A DNA stretch of 64,000 bases from a virus (lineage: Duplodnaviria; Caudoviricetes), in the IMG/VR virus record IMGVR_UViG_3300025372_000014, positions 27,234 through 91,233 of that record. One strand, 5' to 3'. A program made the translations under genes and the position numbers. Below are positions 17,248 to 26,460 of this stretch, in pieces (the stretch's first letter is position 1; the number at the start of each line of letters is the position of its first letter). The notes beneath the pieces were generated by a model. The model ran no database searches. It was given only the letters and a program-made list of their open reading frames with translations, and was not told the DNA's origin.

Positions 17248-20200
17248 ATGGCAATTAATATTCAATATATATCTACGACGGGACTAGATTCTAATAACGG
17301 TCTTAGCCTGTCTTCTGCCAAAAGAACTTTTTCTGGTGCTTTTACGGGGCTTAATCCTCAGCCAACTGGATATTATATAATATTTGAAAAAGATGCTCTG
17401 AGCAATTCTAGCTACAATAATTTCGTGTCTACTTATGGGCCGATGGGTACTGGACAGGTAGCGTCAGGTAAATTTGTGCTACAAATACCAGATCTGTCTG
17501 TGGGTAGCACTGGATGGCTAGCATCGGGACAATATTTTTCCGGTTTAAATAATTATTTAGTAAAATCTAATAGTAGCAATAATGCTAATATCAAGAACCT
17601 CATGTCATCACCGCTATCTTCTGGCGGGTACGGCTGGTGGCCATATAATAGTGCAGATGCGACTGCATGGACTGGTGCGCAGTATATACCTATTTATTTA
17701 CCAAATTCTGGTAATAAGGGTACATATTTTACTGGCGGCTTTTCTACTCCTTTAAATTCTGGAGGATCTGGTGCTTTTAGTACAGGGTCTAGCCCGATTC
17801 CTAAATATTATACTGGAGGATTTTTTGATATTACCTTTTCTGGTAGTACTACTGATTTAAATACAAAAACATTATGGAAATTTAACTCTGGTAGTGGTAA
17901 TCAGTCTTTTAGTGGGCCATTTAATGGTAATTATTTTAAAAGCGGTATATTGAATACTGATTTTTTTGGTACTGGTTCAGATGGTGCTTGTTATTCTCAC
18001 GGTGTTCGTTCAAGTGGAATTATGTGCAGTGGTGTGCCAATTTATGTAAGAACGAATGGCGATGATAATAATGGAGATGGAACCATCGATAACCCATTAG
18101 CTACTGCACAAGCGGCTTTCGAATTGGCATATACAGGTTACGGTGGAACCGGTGGATATTATATTTTAGATTTTGGAGTTGGGGGTTTTGCTGGAATAGT
18201 TGTTAATTCTTATAACGATTTTTCGAGTCTGGCTAGAAATTATAGAGAATGGCCTTCTAGAATAGCGGTACGTGGAGCAGGTAGTGGAGCAAGTTTTATA
18301 GGTGGTATTTCAAATGATGCTTATGATTTTAATACAATTGGTGATATAAATATTACCAGTGATAGTAGTGTTAATTTAGGTGCAATTAATTGTAACCCAT
18401 CAAGTAATAACACTGCGGTAGGAAGTATAACTTTAATAGATTGCGTTGCTGGGAGTATAGTAAATTCTGTTCTTACAAATGATGTTTCCTATTCTATAAA
18501 CCCATCAAACGGGGGAAATGTTACACTAATTGGGGGTCAGTGTGGTGATATAAATGTTTCCGCTCAAAATGTTGCAGGATATTTAATATGTTACAACTTA
18601 GCAAGACCACATCCTGGCGGTGTGACTTTACTGACCGATCAAAATGGTGTATTTCCAACACATGGTATTATAACTGCAAACGAATCTAATGTGTGCGCAA
18701 ATGGCTGTGACAACTGCGGTAGCTGCGGGCCAACATACGGATGTACATATCAAGATGCATGTTATAACTATAACAGTTGCGCAAATGTAGATGATGAATC
18801 TTGTGGATATAGTTGTGAGGACAGGAACGCAAGAAACTATCATGACGGTTGCAATAGTTGCTGGTATACGGACTGTTATGATGATAGGGCTATTAATTAC
18901 GATAGTAATTCTTTTGGTAATAGTGAGTGCATTTTTCTTGACTGCGCGGGAAATATATACTATACCGGCGATAGTGTCTTTATAGACTCTAATGGTACAA
19001 GTTGTATTTATTTAAGTGTTACCAGAGATAGTCTAACATGTTGTGGCGATGGTACATACTCATGTGGTTGGGACATAAATGGCCCGCTGTTTTTTGATGA
19101 CTGTTGGAATTGTGGTTATGGTAACATGTATGATAATCTTGGTAATTATAATGGCTGCTGTCATGGTAAGATAGACGAATGTCATGATTGTAATGGTGAT
19201 TGTATTTGTAGTAATTCTTGTGGTTGTAATACTGAATATGACACTTGTGACAATTGCGTAACAGTAGGCACTGGTTGTTATGCCTCTTATTGTTACTACG
19301 GAATTTGCGGATGTTCAGATGATTACGGATGTGGATGTAATTCGAATGGAAATAGTATTAGCCCTGATTATTGTAGAGATTGTTCTGGGAACTGTACTTG
19401 CACTATTGATGATTGTGGGAATTGTGGTGGTAATTGTGGGGCTGGTTCTTGTCAGGATGGAATATGCGGATGTTCAAATGATTACGGCTGCGGATGTAAT
19501 TCAGACGGGAGTAGTATTAGCCCTGATTATTGTAGAGATTGTTCTGGGAACTGTACTTGCACTATTGATGATTGTGGGAATTGTTATGGTAGTTGTGGGG
19601 CTGGTTCTTGTCAGTATGGAATTTGCGGATGTTCTGATTATTACGGCTGTGGATGTAATTCAGATGGGAGTAGTATTGCTGGAGATACTTGTGGTAACTG
19701 CGGGGGCAACTGTAATACCGATTGCTACTATGGAATATGCGGATGTACAGATGATTACGGCTGTGGTTGTAATTCAGACGCGAGTAGTATTACTAGAGAC
19801 GCTTTAGGGTATTGCAGGGGTACATGTCAAGATGCCCTAGCCTGCAGTGAAGACCATTATGGTTGCATGTTTATAGACCCTAATACTGGGCTGTGTACAA
19901 GCAGAACAAACCATTATTTTGGTAGAATCGTTACCTCTTCTGGATTGGGGGTTATAAAATCAATAAAGGGATCTGGAAAAGTTTATTCTGATAATTCCTT
20001 ACCATTAATAAATGCTGGATTCGTTGGCTGGGTGAATGGATTATCAAATTATAAATATATGATACGTTTTGATTGGGATAACTGCCCAATGAGTGCGGCA
20101 GCCATTCTTTCTTATGACTCTATTATTGCCGATGGTATAAGATATGAAAGTGACCCCAATTTTCATCAAATAGATGGCCTTAGTGTTTGGCGGGCGAATG

Positions 20201-20457
20201 GGGATGGTACAGCAACGTGTGTATATGCCAGTGGAAACTATACTAATTCAAATAATAATAATTTTAGCATATCAATAGGTAGTGTTTTTACTATATCTTA
20301 TTTAATAAGTATACAGCTTGGCACTCATGTCTTAAATGATAGTGTAATGCTGGGATGCCTAACTGAAGGAGAAAGCTCTTGCTGTACAGGCTTAACACTA
20401 AATAGACCTTTACAAACAGCTGTTCTTTGCAATAGCTGGTTTGCGGCTAAATATTAA
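17248..20457 (+). CDS. adhesin-like protein: two DUF1565-like starts, beta-helix-like region and a long Cys-rich repeat region
   Basis: YISTTGLDSNNG..SAKRTF and YVRTNGDDNNGDGTIDNPLATAQAA; GCT..DA.NY...A..DD.SC and DDCGNCGG motifs; GTGTAA at 17203. Confidence 0.65.
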   Translation: MAINIQYISTTGLDSNNGLSLSSAKRTFSGAFTGLNPQPTGYYIIFEKDALSNSSYNNFVSTYGPMGTGQVASGKFVLQIPDLSVGSTGWLASGQYFSGLNNYLVKSNSSNNANIKNLMSSPLSSGGYGWWPYNSADATAWTGAQYIPIYLPNSGNKGTYFTGGFSTPLNSGGSGAFSTGSSPIPKYYTGGFFDITFSGSTTDLNTKTLWKFNSGSGNQSFSGPFNGNYFKSGILNTDFFGTGSDGACYSHGVRSSGIMCSGVPIYVRTNGDDNNGDGTIDNPLATAQAAFELAYTGYGGTGGYYILDFGVGGFAGIVVNSYNDFSSLARNYREWPSRIAVRGAGSGASFIGGISNDAYDFNTIGDINITSDSSVNLGAINCNPSSNNTAVGSITLIDCVAGSIVNSVLTNDVSYSINPSNGGNVTLIGGQCGDINVSAQNVAGYLICYNLARPHPGGVTLLTDQNGVFPTHGIITANESNVCANGCDNCGSCGPTYGCTYQDACYNYNSCANVDDESCGYSCEDRNARNYHDGCNSCWYTDCYDDRAINYDSNSFGNSECIFLDCAGNIYYTGDSVFIDSNGTSCIYLSVTRDSLTCCGDGTYSCGWDINGPLFFDDCWNCGYGNMYDNLGNYNGCCHGKIDECHDCNGDCICSNSCGCNTEYDTCDNCVTVGTGCYASYCYYGICGCSDDYGCGCNSNGNSISPDYCRDCSGNCTCTIDDCGNCGGNCGAGSCQDGICGCSNDYGCGCNSDGSSISPDYCRDCSGNCTCTIDDCGNCYGSCGAGSCQYGICGCSDYYGCGCNSDGSSIAGDTCGNCGGNCNTDCYYGICGCTDDYGCGCNSDASSITRDALGYCRGTCQDALACSEDHYGCMFIDPNTGLCTSRTNHYFGRIVTSSGLGVIKSIKGSGKVYSDNSLPLINAGFVGWVNGLSNYKYMIRFDWDNCPMSAAAILSYDSIIADGIRYESDPNFHQIDGLSVWRANGDGTATCVYASGNYTNSNNNNFSISIGSVFTISYLISIQLGTHVLNDSVMLGCLTEGESSCCTGLTLNRPLQTAVLCNSWFAAKY
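19300..19794 (+). repeat. Cys-rich tandem repeat (159, 159, 114 bp plus a partial unit)
   Basis: GGAAT(T/A)TGCGGATGT unit starts at 19300, 19459, 19618, 19732. Confidence 0.9.
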
Positions 20458-20511
20458 TTTAATTAAATTTTATAATTAAGACAAATATTATAGTGCGGTG
20501 TAATAAATAAT

Positions 20512-21102
20512 ATGAGAGCAAGCGTGTTACTATTTTTTTCTTTATTATTCTTTTTCAGTGGCTGCACTGTTTATACAGAAAAGCAGTCTGAGGCTGTTAG
20601 TCAAAACGTTTACGCAACAAATGATTCAATTTCTAAAGCAAGGATAGATTTAGCGCAATTTTATTCTAATGAGGCAACGCGTTTTATTAAGCCGCCGAAA
20701 CACCCAATCAAAATCAATGCCGTTTATGAAGCCGGTCAAGTTGTAAAGAATGGCGAAAAAGCCGATAGAACTCGTGTTGTTATTGTTCCCGATCAGTATA
20801 AAAATGATAAGGTTGTGGTCGTTGGATCTAAAGATTACGATCAATTATTACAAGATAGCGCAATTAAGAAGCAGCTAGAAGAAGACAATAAAATTAAAGA
20901 TAAGCAGTTAAATGATAATAACATGGAGCTAACAAAGCAAAAAGAAATGTCAGATAAAATGGTTAAGGATCTTAACTATTATCAGAAAGAAGTTTATAAG
21001 CTAAGATTATCTGGATTGTGGAAAGATATTATAATAGTAGGATTACTACTAGTAATTGGTACATTTATTTATATAAGAGTATCTGCTCCAAAATTTTTAT
21101 AA
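20512..21102 (+). CDS. unimolecular-spanin-like lipoprotein
   Basis: lipobox FFSG|C after a hydrophobic signal; coiled coil; C-terminal TM; in the lysis cluster. Confidence 0.65.
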   Translation: MRASVLLFFSLLFFFSGCTVYTEKQSEAVSQNVYATNDSISKARIDLAQFYSNEATRFIKPPKHPIKINAVYEAGQVVKNGEKADRTRVVIVPDQYKNDKVVVVGSKDYDQLLQDSAIKKQLEEDNKIKDKQLNDNNMELTKQKEMSDKMVKDLNYYQKEVYKLRLSGLWKDIIIVGLLLVIGTFIYIRVSAPKFL

Positions 21103-21103
21103 T

Positions 21104-21220
21104 ATGAATAAACTAACATCAATAATTGCTAACTTAAGTTCTTGGATAAAATCTAATCCAGTTAAAGCTGCGTTTGCATTAGGTTTCATTTTTGGTTTTA
21201 TTTTGGGAACAATAATTTAA
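21104..21220 (+). CDS. 38-aa membrane peptide MNKLTSIIANLSSWIKSNPVKAAFALGFIFGFILGTII
   Basis: fills the gap between spanin and holin; NP plus GxxxGxxxG TM (ElaB/DUF883-like tail); not in ORF track. Confidence 0.6.
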   Translation: MNKLTSIIANLSSWIKSNPVKAAFALGFIFGFILGTII

Positions 21221-21224
21221 TTTT

Positions 21225-21683
21225 ATGTTAGATGGCGTTATCAAAATAGCGCAGACAGCTGCGGCATTCCTTACTAATGGTAAGGCACCGCCAGATACGC
21301 CCCCACGCTTAGAAAAGCAAATGGAAGATACGAATCATCTTGCCTCCAAGAAGTTTTTTATTATAATGACTTCTTTACTAATTATTGTTAGTATGTTTTT
21401 TGTAGCAGTTGGTATACTGTTTTTTATCCCCAAAGATCATGATATAGTAATAACAACTTATGCAACAATTTTCACAAAGATAATGGAACAAATTGCACTA
21501 GTTATCTCTGTTTATTTGGGTGCGCAGGGGCTGGTAGATTTAAGGTATAATAGCTCATCTAGTGCAAGTGTTGAGGGAACTGCGCAGAGCACTACCGAGA
21601 ATAAAAATGTTAATTTAAACGAGAGTATATTAAGTAATAATGCCAAAGAAGATGACTATAATATATCCGAGGTAGACGTATGA
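21225..21683 (+). CDS. holin
   Basis: SKKF then two TM segments, YLGAQGLVD; ATGA overlap with endolysin. Confidence 0.65.
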   Translation: MLDGVIKIAQTAAAFLTNGKAPPDTPPRLEKQMEDTNHLASKKFFIIMTSLLIIVSMFFVAVGILFFIPKDHDIVITTYATIFTKIMEQIALVISVYLGAQGLVDLRYNSSSSASVEGTAQSTTENKNVNLNESILSNNAKEDDYNISEVDV

Positions 21684-22294
21684 AAAACCCATCTGCAAAA
21701 GCACTATCTTTAATTCTTGAGTATGAGGTTGGTGGCGGCCAATCTTATTACGAAAAGTATTTAAGTGGCCCAACATGGCCCGGTGGCGCAAGTGGCATGA
21801 CATTAGCTATAGGTATAGATTGTGGATACTATACACCTAATGAACTACAGCAGATTTTTAGCTTTTTACCTTCTGACCAACTTAAAGCAGTACAGGGTGC
21901 CAGTGGAAAAACTGGTCAGGCTGGAAAAGAATATACACAGTCTGTAAAAAATTTAAACATAAAAGTAACATGGAAACAGGCAATTGAAATCTTTGATAAA
22001 TATACTTGGCCCAAGTTTGCAAGACTTGCTGAGAGAGCTTTTCCCAATTTGGATCAGTTATGCGATAATGCGTATGGTGCTATTGTTTCCTTGGTATTTA
22101 ATCGCGGGACTAGTTTGGTGGGCGATAGTCGTAGGGAAATGAGAGAGATTAAAGATTTGGTAGTTAAAAAAGACTATAGAAGTATAGCTATAGAATTTCA
22201 AAAGATGAAAAGGGTTTGGAAGGGCAAGGGTCTTGATGGTTTATTAGCAAGGCGAGATGCAGAGGCCGCATTAGTTCTTTCCTGTGTAAATTAA
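21680..22294 (+). CDS. endolysin, lysozyme-like (GH24/pesticin-type)
   Basis: LILEYE..WPGGASGMTLAIGIDCG, AIVSLVFNRG, GLLARRDAEA. Confidence 0.85.
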   Translation: MKNPSAKALSLILEYEVGGGQSYYEKYLSGPTWPGGASGMTLAIGIDCGYYTPNELQQIFSFLPSDQLKAVQGASGKTGQAGKEYTQSVKNLNIKVTWKQAIEIFDKYTWPKFARLAERAFPNLDQLCDNAYGAIVSLVFNRGTSLVGDSRREMREIKDLVVKKDYRSIAIEFQKMKRVWKGKGLDGLLARRDAEAALVLSCVN

Positions 22295-22330
22295 TTTGTT
22301 TTCTGTGTATAATTATATTACTATAATAAT

Positions 22331-24217
22331 ATGATTATCGAAGACTCTCAAGCGCCCGGTTTTGATCTTAACAATTTAGAATACAGCCCCGGAAAGAATG
22401 TTAATATTTGCGCTTTTGAGCTAATAAAGAGCGAAGACAATAAGGTTATTGTAAATCGTGCATTAAAAAATATTGCCCCAATATCTAATGAGGGTGTAAA
22501 ATTTAACATGGATAAATTTAAGTATCATGCTCGTTTTGATGGCATTATAGTTCAGGCTAAAGTTGCAAAAGAAGAAGATAAGTATCTGGCAACAGCCTCT
22601 ATTAATCAGTTAAAAGATTTTTTACCAAACCATGTTGATCTAGATGTTAATAAAGATCTATTGGGGGTTGCCTTTGATGCATTTGTTGTAAATCGTGGTA
22701 ATAAGAATGGTCACATGATTGGAACTGATAATGCCCTTGCAATGGTAAGTAATTTTGTCAATAAGCCTTTTAATATTGAGCACAACCGTAAAACAATAGT
22801 TGGATTTTGTACTGGTTATGGTTTTAGCGAGTTTGGTTCTAGTAAGCCACTAACACTTGAAGAGGTAAAAGCTAGCGATACCCCATTTAATGTTGTTCTT
22901 TCTGGTTTTGTTTGGAAAATAGCTAACCCAGAATTTGCAGAAGAGCTTGTAAGCAGCAGCGATCCAAGTTCTTCCGATTACCTATCCGTTAGTGCAAGCT
23001 GGGAGCTTGGGTTTAACGAGTTCAATATTGCCGAGGGCAGCAAGAACCTGAATGAGGCCACAATTATAGAGGACGAAGAAGAAATACTAAAACACAAAGA
23101 TGATCTAAAGGTATTTGGTGGGAGTGGTATTTCTACAATATCTGGAAAACAAATTTTCTTAAATTTACAGGGTAACATTTTACCATTAGGAATTGGATTT
23201 ACTAATAATCCTGCTGCCGAAGTTAAGGGTGTAGCAATTACCCATGACAAAAAAGAGGACACTAAAAATGAAAAAGAAGACAATGAAATGAATAAAAAAA
23301 GTGTCTCTTCGGAAATTAAAGATGTAAAAAACATTATGCAAATCAATCAGATCGAAGATATTACTGACGATGTAATGAAGGAAGTTTCCGCAAGTGCGGT
23401 TCGTGAGTTCATTTCCAACAAAATCACTGAGCTAGCAAAAGATTGGACAGCAAAGGCCGAAGAGAAAGAAAACGCTCTTAAGGTTGCCCAAGAAGAACTA
23501 GCAAGTCTAAAGACAGACCTTGAAGCAATCAAGGCAGACAGCGAAAAGGTTAAGGCCGATTTCGCAGAGGTTCAGGAGAATATCCGCAAGCAAGAGATCG
23601 AGGCAACATTCCAGCGTAGAATGTCCCTAATTGATGACGAATTTAATCTAACTGATGCAGATCGCACTATCGTAGCTGAAGATCTACAGGCGATTGCTGA
23701 TGAAGAGAGTTTTGAAAAGTGGTACAATAAGTTTGCCACATTAGCGGAAGCGAAGAAAAAGGCAGTAAAGAAAGATGAGCCAAAGGACGGAATGGAGAGA
23801 GAAGCTGATGTTGATGATACCGGAATGTCTGGTGGAACATCTTTTAGCTCCAAGAAAGACGACAAGAAGAAAGACGACAAGAAGAAAGATGACGAGAAAG
23901 AAGAGAAGTCTGAAAAGAAAGACGATAAGGAAGAGGAAGAGGCCGAGGCCGATGACGAGTCTGCAATGGCCGGAGTTCCAACTCCAGCCGGAGAAAAGCT
24001 AAAGGTTGAGGACTATTCTCACAGTGTTCTAAAGACAAACGATGCTTCTCGCAAGCAAGAGGTTGAGATCAAGCTACCAAAGACAATCGAGCAGGTTGTT
24101 GATGCGGCTGTAGAAGAAACTCCTCTAATCCCAAATGCTGCGGCTCCAAATGACCTATCACTAATGGAAAAAATTAGTGCCGCTTTCAATAAATCAAGTG
24201 TAAGGATTAAAAGATAA
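22331..24217 (+). CDS. prohead protease-scaffold fusion
   Basis: NKNG, PFNIEH, GFVWK, SASWE, GIGFTNNPA (herpes/HK97-type protease pattern), then acidic coiled coil. Confidence 0.8.
   Translation: MIIEDSQAPGFDLNNLEYSPGKNVNICAFELIKSEDNKVIVNRALKNIAPISNEGVKFNMDKFKYHARFDGIIVQAKVAKEEDKYLATASINQLKDFLPNHVDLDVNKDLLGVAFDAFVVNRGNKNGHMIGTDNALAMVSNFVNKPFNIEHNRKTIVGFCTGYGFSEFGSSKPLTLEEVKASDTPFNVVLSGFVWKIANPEFAEELVSSSDPSSSDYLSVSASWELGFNEFNIAEGSKNLNEATIIEDEEEILKHKDDLKVFGGSGISTISGKQIFLNLQGNILPLGIGFTNNPAAEVKGVAITHDKKEDTKNEKEDNEMNKKSVSSEIKDVKNIMQINQIEDITDDVMKEVSASAVREFISNKITELAKDWTAKAEEKENALKVAQEELASLKTDLEAIKADSEKVKADFAEVQENIRKQEIEATFQRRMSLIDDEFNLTDADRTIVAEDLQAIADEESFEKWYNKFATLAEAKKKAVKKDEPKDGMEREADVDDTGMSGGTSFSSKKDDKKKDDKKKDDEKEEKSEKKDDKEEEEAEADDESAMAGVPTPAGEKLKVEDYSHSVLKTNDASRKQEVEIKLPKTIEQVVDAAVEETPLIPNAAAPNDLSLMEKISAAFNKSSVRIKR
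23336..24217 (+). CDS. putative nested in-frame scaffold protein (293 aa)
   Basis: ATGTAA (23322-23327), 8 nt, then in-frame ATG; codon usage changes here. Confidence 0.5.
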   Translation: MQINQIEDITDDVMKEVSASAVREFISNKITELAKDWTAKAEEKENALKVAQEELASLKTDLEAIKADSEKVKADFAEVQENIRKQEIEATFQRRMSLIDDEFNLTDADRTIVAEDLQAIADEESFEKWYNKFATLAEAKKKAVKKDEPKDGMEREADVDDTGMSGGTSFSSKKDDKKKDDKKKDDEKEEKSEKKDDKEEEEAEADDESAMAGVPTPAGEKLKVEDYSHSVLKTNDASRKQEVEIKLPKTIEQVVDAAVEETPLIPNAAAPNDLSLMEKISAAFNKSSVRIKR

Positions 24218-24251
24218 TCTTTATCTAAAACAAATTTAACTAAACAATCAT

Positions 24252-24788
24252 ATGCCAACACTAAGACCATACAATGATCATAGCGAACATGAGGTTATCA
24301 ACCTGTTCACTGTTACTGGCGACCTTCCTCGCGGAACGTTCGTCACAGCAGCGGATGCCGGTGTAAACCTTTCTGACGCTAGCACAATCGGACAGCTTTC
24401 CCCATTCGGGAATACTGTATCTGCCGTAATCTCCGTTCCTTGGAACGCCGTTGCTGCCCCATCGGGAACAGCAAAGGCTGCCGTTATCGGAGCAACCCTA
24501 AAAGACTTCCGTACATTCGACGAAAACGGTGAGCGCCTAGTTCTACACCCTCGTAAGGCTGCAGAAATGGACGTTGTTATCACTGGACAGGCTGTTCCTG
24601 TTCTAACTCGTGGTATCGTACTATACAGTGGTATCGCAGGTACCCCTGGTTACGGAAGTGGCGCAGCAGTTTCTGACGCTGGAGACGGCGGAGTTAAGGT
24701 TGTCGCTTACAATGCATCCACTTGCGTAGGCAAGTTCCTAGGCCCTAAAAATGCCTATGGACACGCTCTACTAAAGATCGAGCTATAA
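24252..24788 (+). CDS. capsid decoration/cement protein
   Basis: small Gly/Ala/Val beta-rich protein just before the MCP; high-expression codon bias. Confidence 0.7.
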   Translation: MPTLRPYNDHSEHEVINLFTVTGDLPRGTFVTAADAGVNLSDASTIGQLSPFGNTVSAVISVPWNAVAAPSGTAKAAVIGATLKDFRTFDENGERLVLHPRKAAEMDVVITGQAVPVLTRGIVLYSGIAGTPGYGSGAAVSDAGDGGVKVVAYNASTCVGKFLGPKNAYGHALLKIEL

Positions 24789-24814
24789 TCTAACCAATAA
24801 CAATTTTTAATAAC

Positions 24815-25951
24815 ATGAAAATTCAATTCGAAAAAAACCCAGAGCAGATCGAGCTAATCAAGGCCCTTGCATCGGAAAATAAGACCGTTGCAATGCAGGC
24901 ACAAGAGGCTTTCGCTGCATTCATCAGTGACGTAGTTCTTCAGGTATTACTACAGGCCTCCACAGCAGGTCTAGTATATCGTGATATCGAGTTCGACGAA
25001 GACGATCAGCCTTCCATCCCACTTGACCTATACTATGGTCAGACCGAGGGAACTATCTCCGTATGGAGCCAGACAGTCGGTGGTGGACTACCAAGTAGTT
25101 TCGTTCAGGGAATGAACGAGATGAAGGTTAACACATATCGCCTAGATAGTGCTATCTCCATGGAGAAGCGTTATGTCCGCCGCGCACGTCTTGACGTTGT
25201 TGCTGCCGGTCTAGAGCGTATGGCTAACGAGCTTCTTGTTAAGCAAGAGCGTAATGCATGGGCAGTTGTTCTAAAGGCACTAGCAGAAGCACAGACCTTC
25301 GGTAAGGATCACGTTCAGCGTGTTCAGACCAACGGTGTGTTCCAGCTAGACGACATGAACAAGCTATGGACTCTAATCCGTAGAATCAATGCCGCTTACA
25401 CAGGTGGTACTCCAAGTAACCTACAGTTCCGTGGTCTAACTGACATCTTCGTCAGTCCAGAGATCAAGGAGCAGATCCGTGGGTTTGCTTATCAGCCAAT
25501 GAACACACGCGCTGGTTCCCTAAACGGAACAAGTAGTGCTGGTTATGCTGCAACAGCAATCGGTCTTCCTGACGCAGTTCGTGAGGAAATCTATCGCGGA
25601 GCAGGAACACAGGAGATCTTCGGTGTAACAATTCACGAGCTACTAGAGCTTGGAACAAGCCGCAAGTACAATGACCTATTCGGTGCTTTCAGTAGCAAGT
25701 CCTTCACAGACTACGCTGGTAGCCAGAGTGGAGCATTCTCCAGTGGTAGTGACGATCTAATCGTCGGTATCGATTCCACACGTAATGCATTCCTACGCCC
25801 AGTCGCTATCCAGAGCGAGAGCCGTGGACAGGTCAAGGTTCTTCCTGATGACCAGTTCCTAGCTCGCAGTCAGAAGGTCGGCTTCTACAGTTATGTTGAA
25901 GAGGGCCGCGTAGTAACTGATGCTCGTGCAGTTGTCGGACTACTAGTCTAA
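24815..25951 (+). CDS. major capsid protein (HK97 fold)
   Basis: size, synteny, strongest codon bias, strong terminator downstream. Confidence 0.85.
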   Translation: MKIQFEKNPEQIELIKALASENKTVAMQAQEAFAAFISDVVLQVLLQASTAGLVYRDIEFDEDDQPSIPLDLYYGQTEGTISVWSQTVGGGLPSSFVQGMNEMKVNTYRLDSAISMEKRYVRRARLDVVAAGLERMANELLVKQERNAWAVVLKALAEAQTFGKDHVQRVQTNGVFQLDDMNKLWTLIRRINAAYTGGTPSNLQFRGLTDIFVSPEIKEQIRGFAYQPMNTRAGSLNGTSSAGYAATAIGLPDAVREEIYRGAGTQEIFGVTIHELLELGTSRKYNDLFGAFSSKSFTDYAGSQSGAFSSGSDDLIVGIDSTRNAFLRPVAIQSESRGQVKVLPDDQFLARSQKVGFYSYVEEGRVVTDARAVVGLLV

Positions 25952-25971
25952 TACTAACGAAAAGTTAATCA

Positions 25972-26007
25972 AGAAACCCCCTCTGGAAACAGAGGGGTTT
26001 TTCTTTT
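25972..26007 (+). terminator. intrinsic terminator after the MCP
   Basis: CCCCTCTG-GAAA-CAGAGGGG stem-loop followed by TTTTTCTTTT. Confidence 0.9.
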
Positions 26008-26058
26008 GTATTTATTAAATAAAATTTTAATTATATACCTTTCACGTTTATAATAAGT

Positions 26059-26433
26059 ATGGCAAACAAAAAGAAGACAACTGTTACTCTAGAAGCATCG
26101 GCTCAACTTGATGGCAAGGCACAGGGAAACCCGCCCGAACACTTATATGGATCGCTAGACCAGATCTTAGGAGAAAATATCTCAGTATATAAGACCTCAA
26201 ATGTTGAAGAGTATAAGCAGCAAATAGCTGAAATGAATCAGACTGATTTACAGTCACATGCTCTTAAGGTTGGGCTTATTCCAATTGAGGATCGTCGGGT
26301 TTTGGTTGGCCGCCTTGTTCAAGAGTTTGAGAGATGGAGTTCCAGAATGATGCCGCAAGGTAATATTAAGGGAGCAAAAAAGATAGAAGATATTGATGAA
26401 AAAGTTAGAAAGATTCTGAGAGAAGGCGCGTAA
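26059..26433 (+). CDS. hypothetical protein in the head-completion region
   Basis: ORF; TATAAT 4 nt upstream of ATG. Confidence 0.6.
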   Translation: MANKKKTTVTLEASAQLDGKAQGNPPEHLYGSLDQILGENISVYKTSNVEEYKQQIAEMNQTDLQSHALKVGLIPIEDRRVLVGRLVQEFERWSSRMMPQGNIKGAKKIEDIDEKVRKILREGA

Positions 26434-26460
26434 GTTTACCAAATCAGTGTAAATTATTAT

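Noticed and set aside
19300-19794. Cys-rich repeats as a DGR template/variable pair or CRISPR array
   Set aside because: Copies are adjacent and in frame, differences are not adenine-specific, there are no unique spacers, and no RT or cas genes are present
19280-19807. 175-aa hydrophobic alternate-frame ORF (also 14671..14946, 49032..49289, 49069..49260)
   Set aside because: By-products of stop-free tandem repeats in the main genes
23851-23950. KKDDK repeats in the scaffold
   Set aside because: Ordinary low-complexity charged linker
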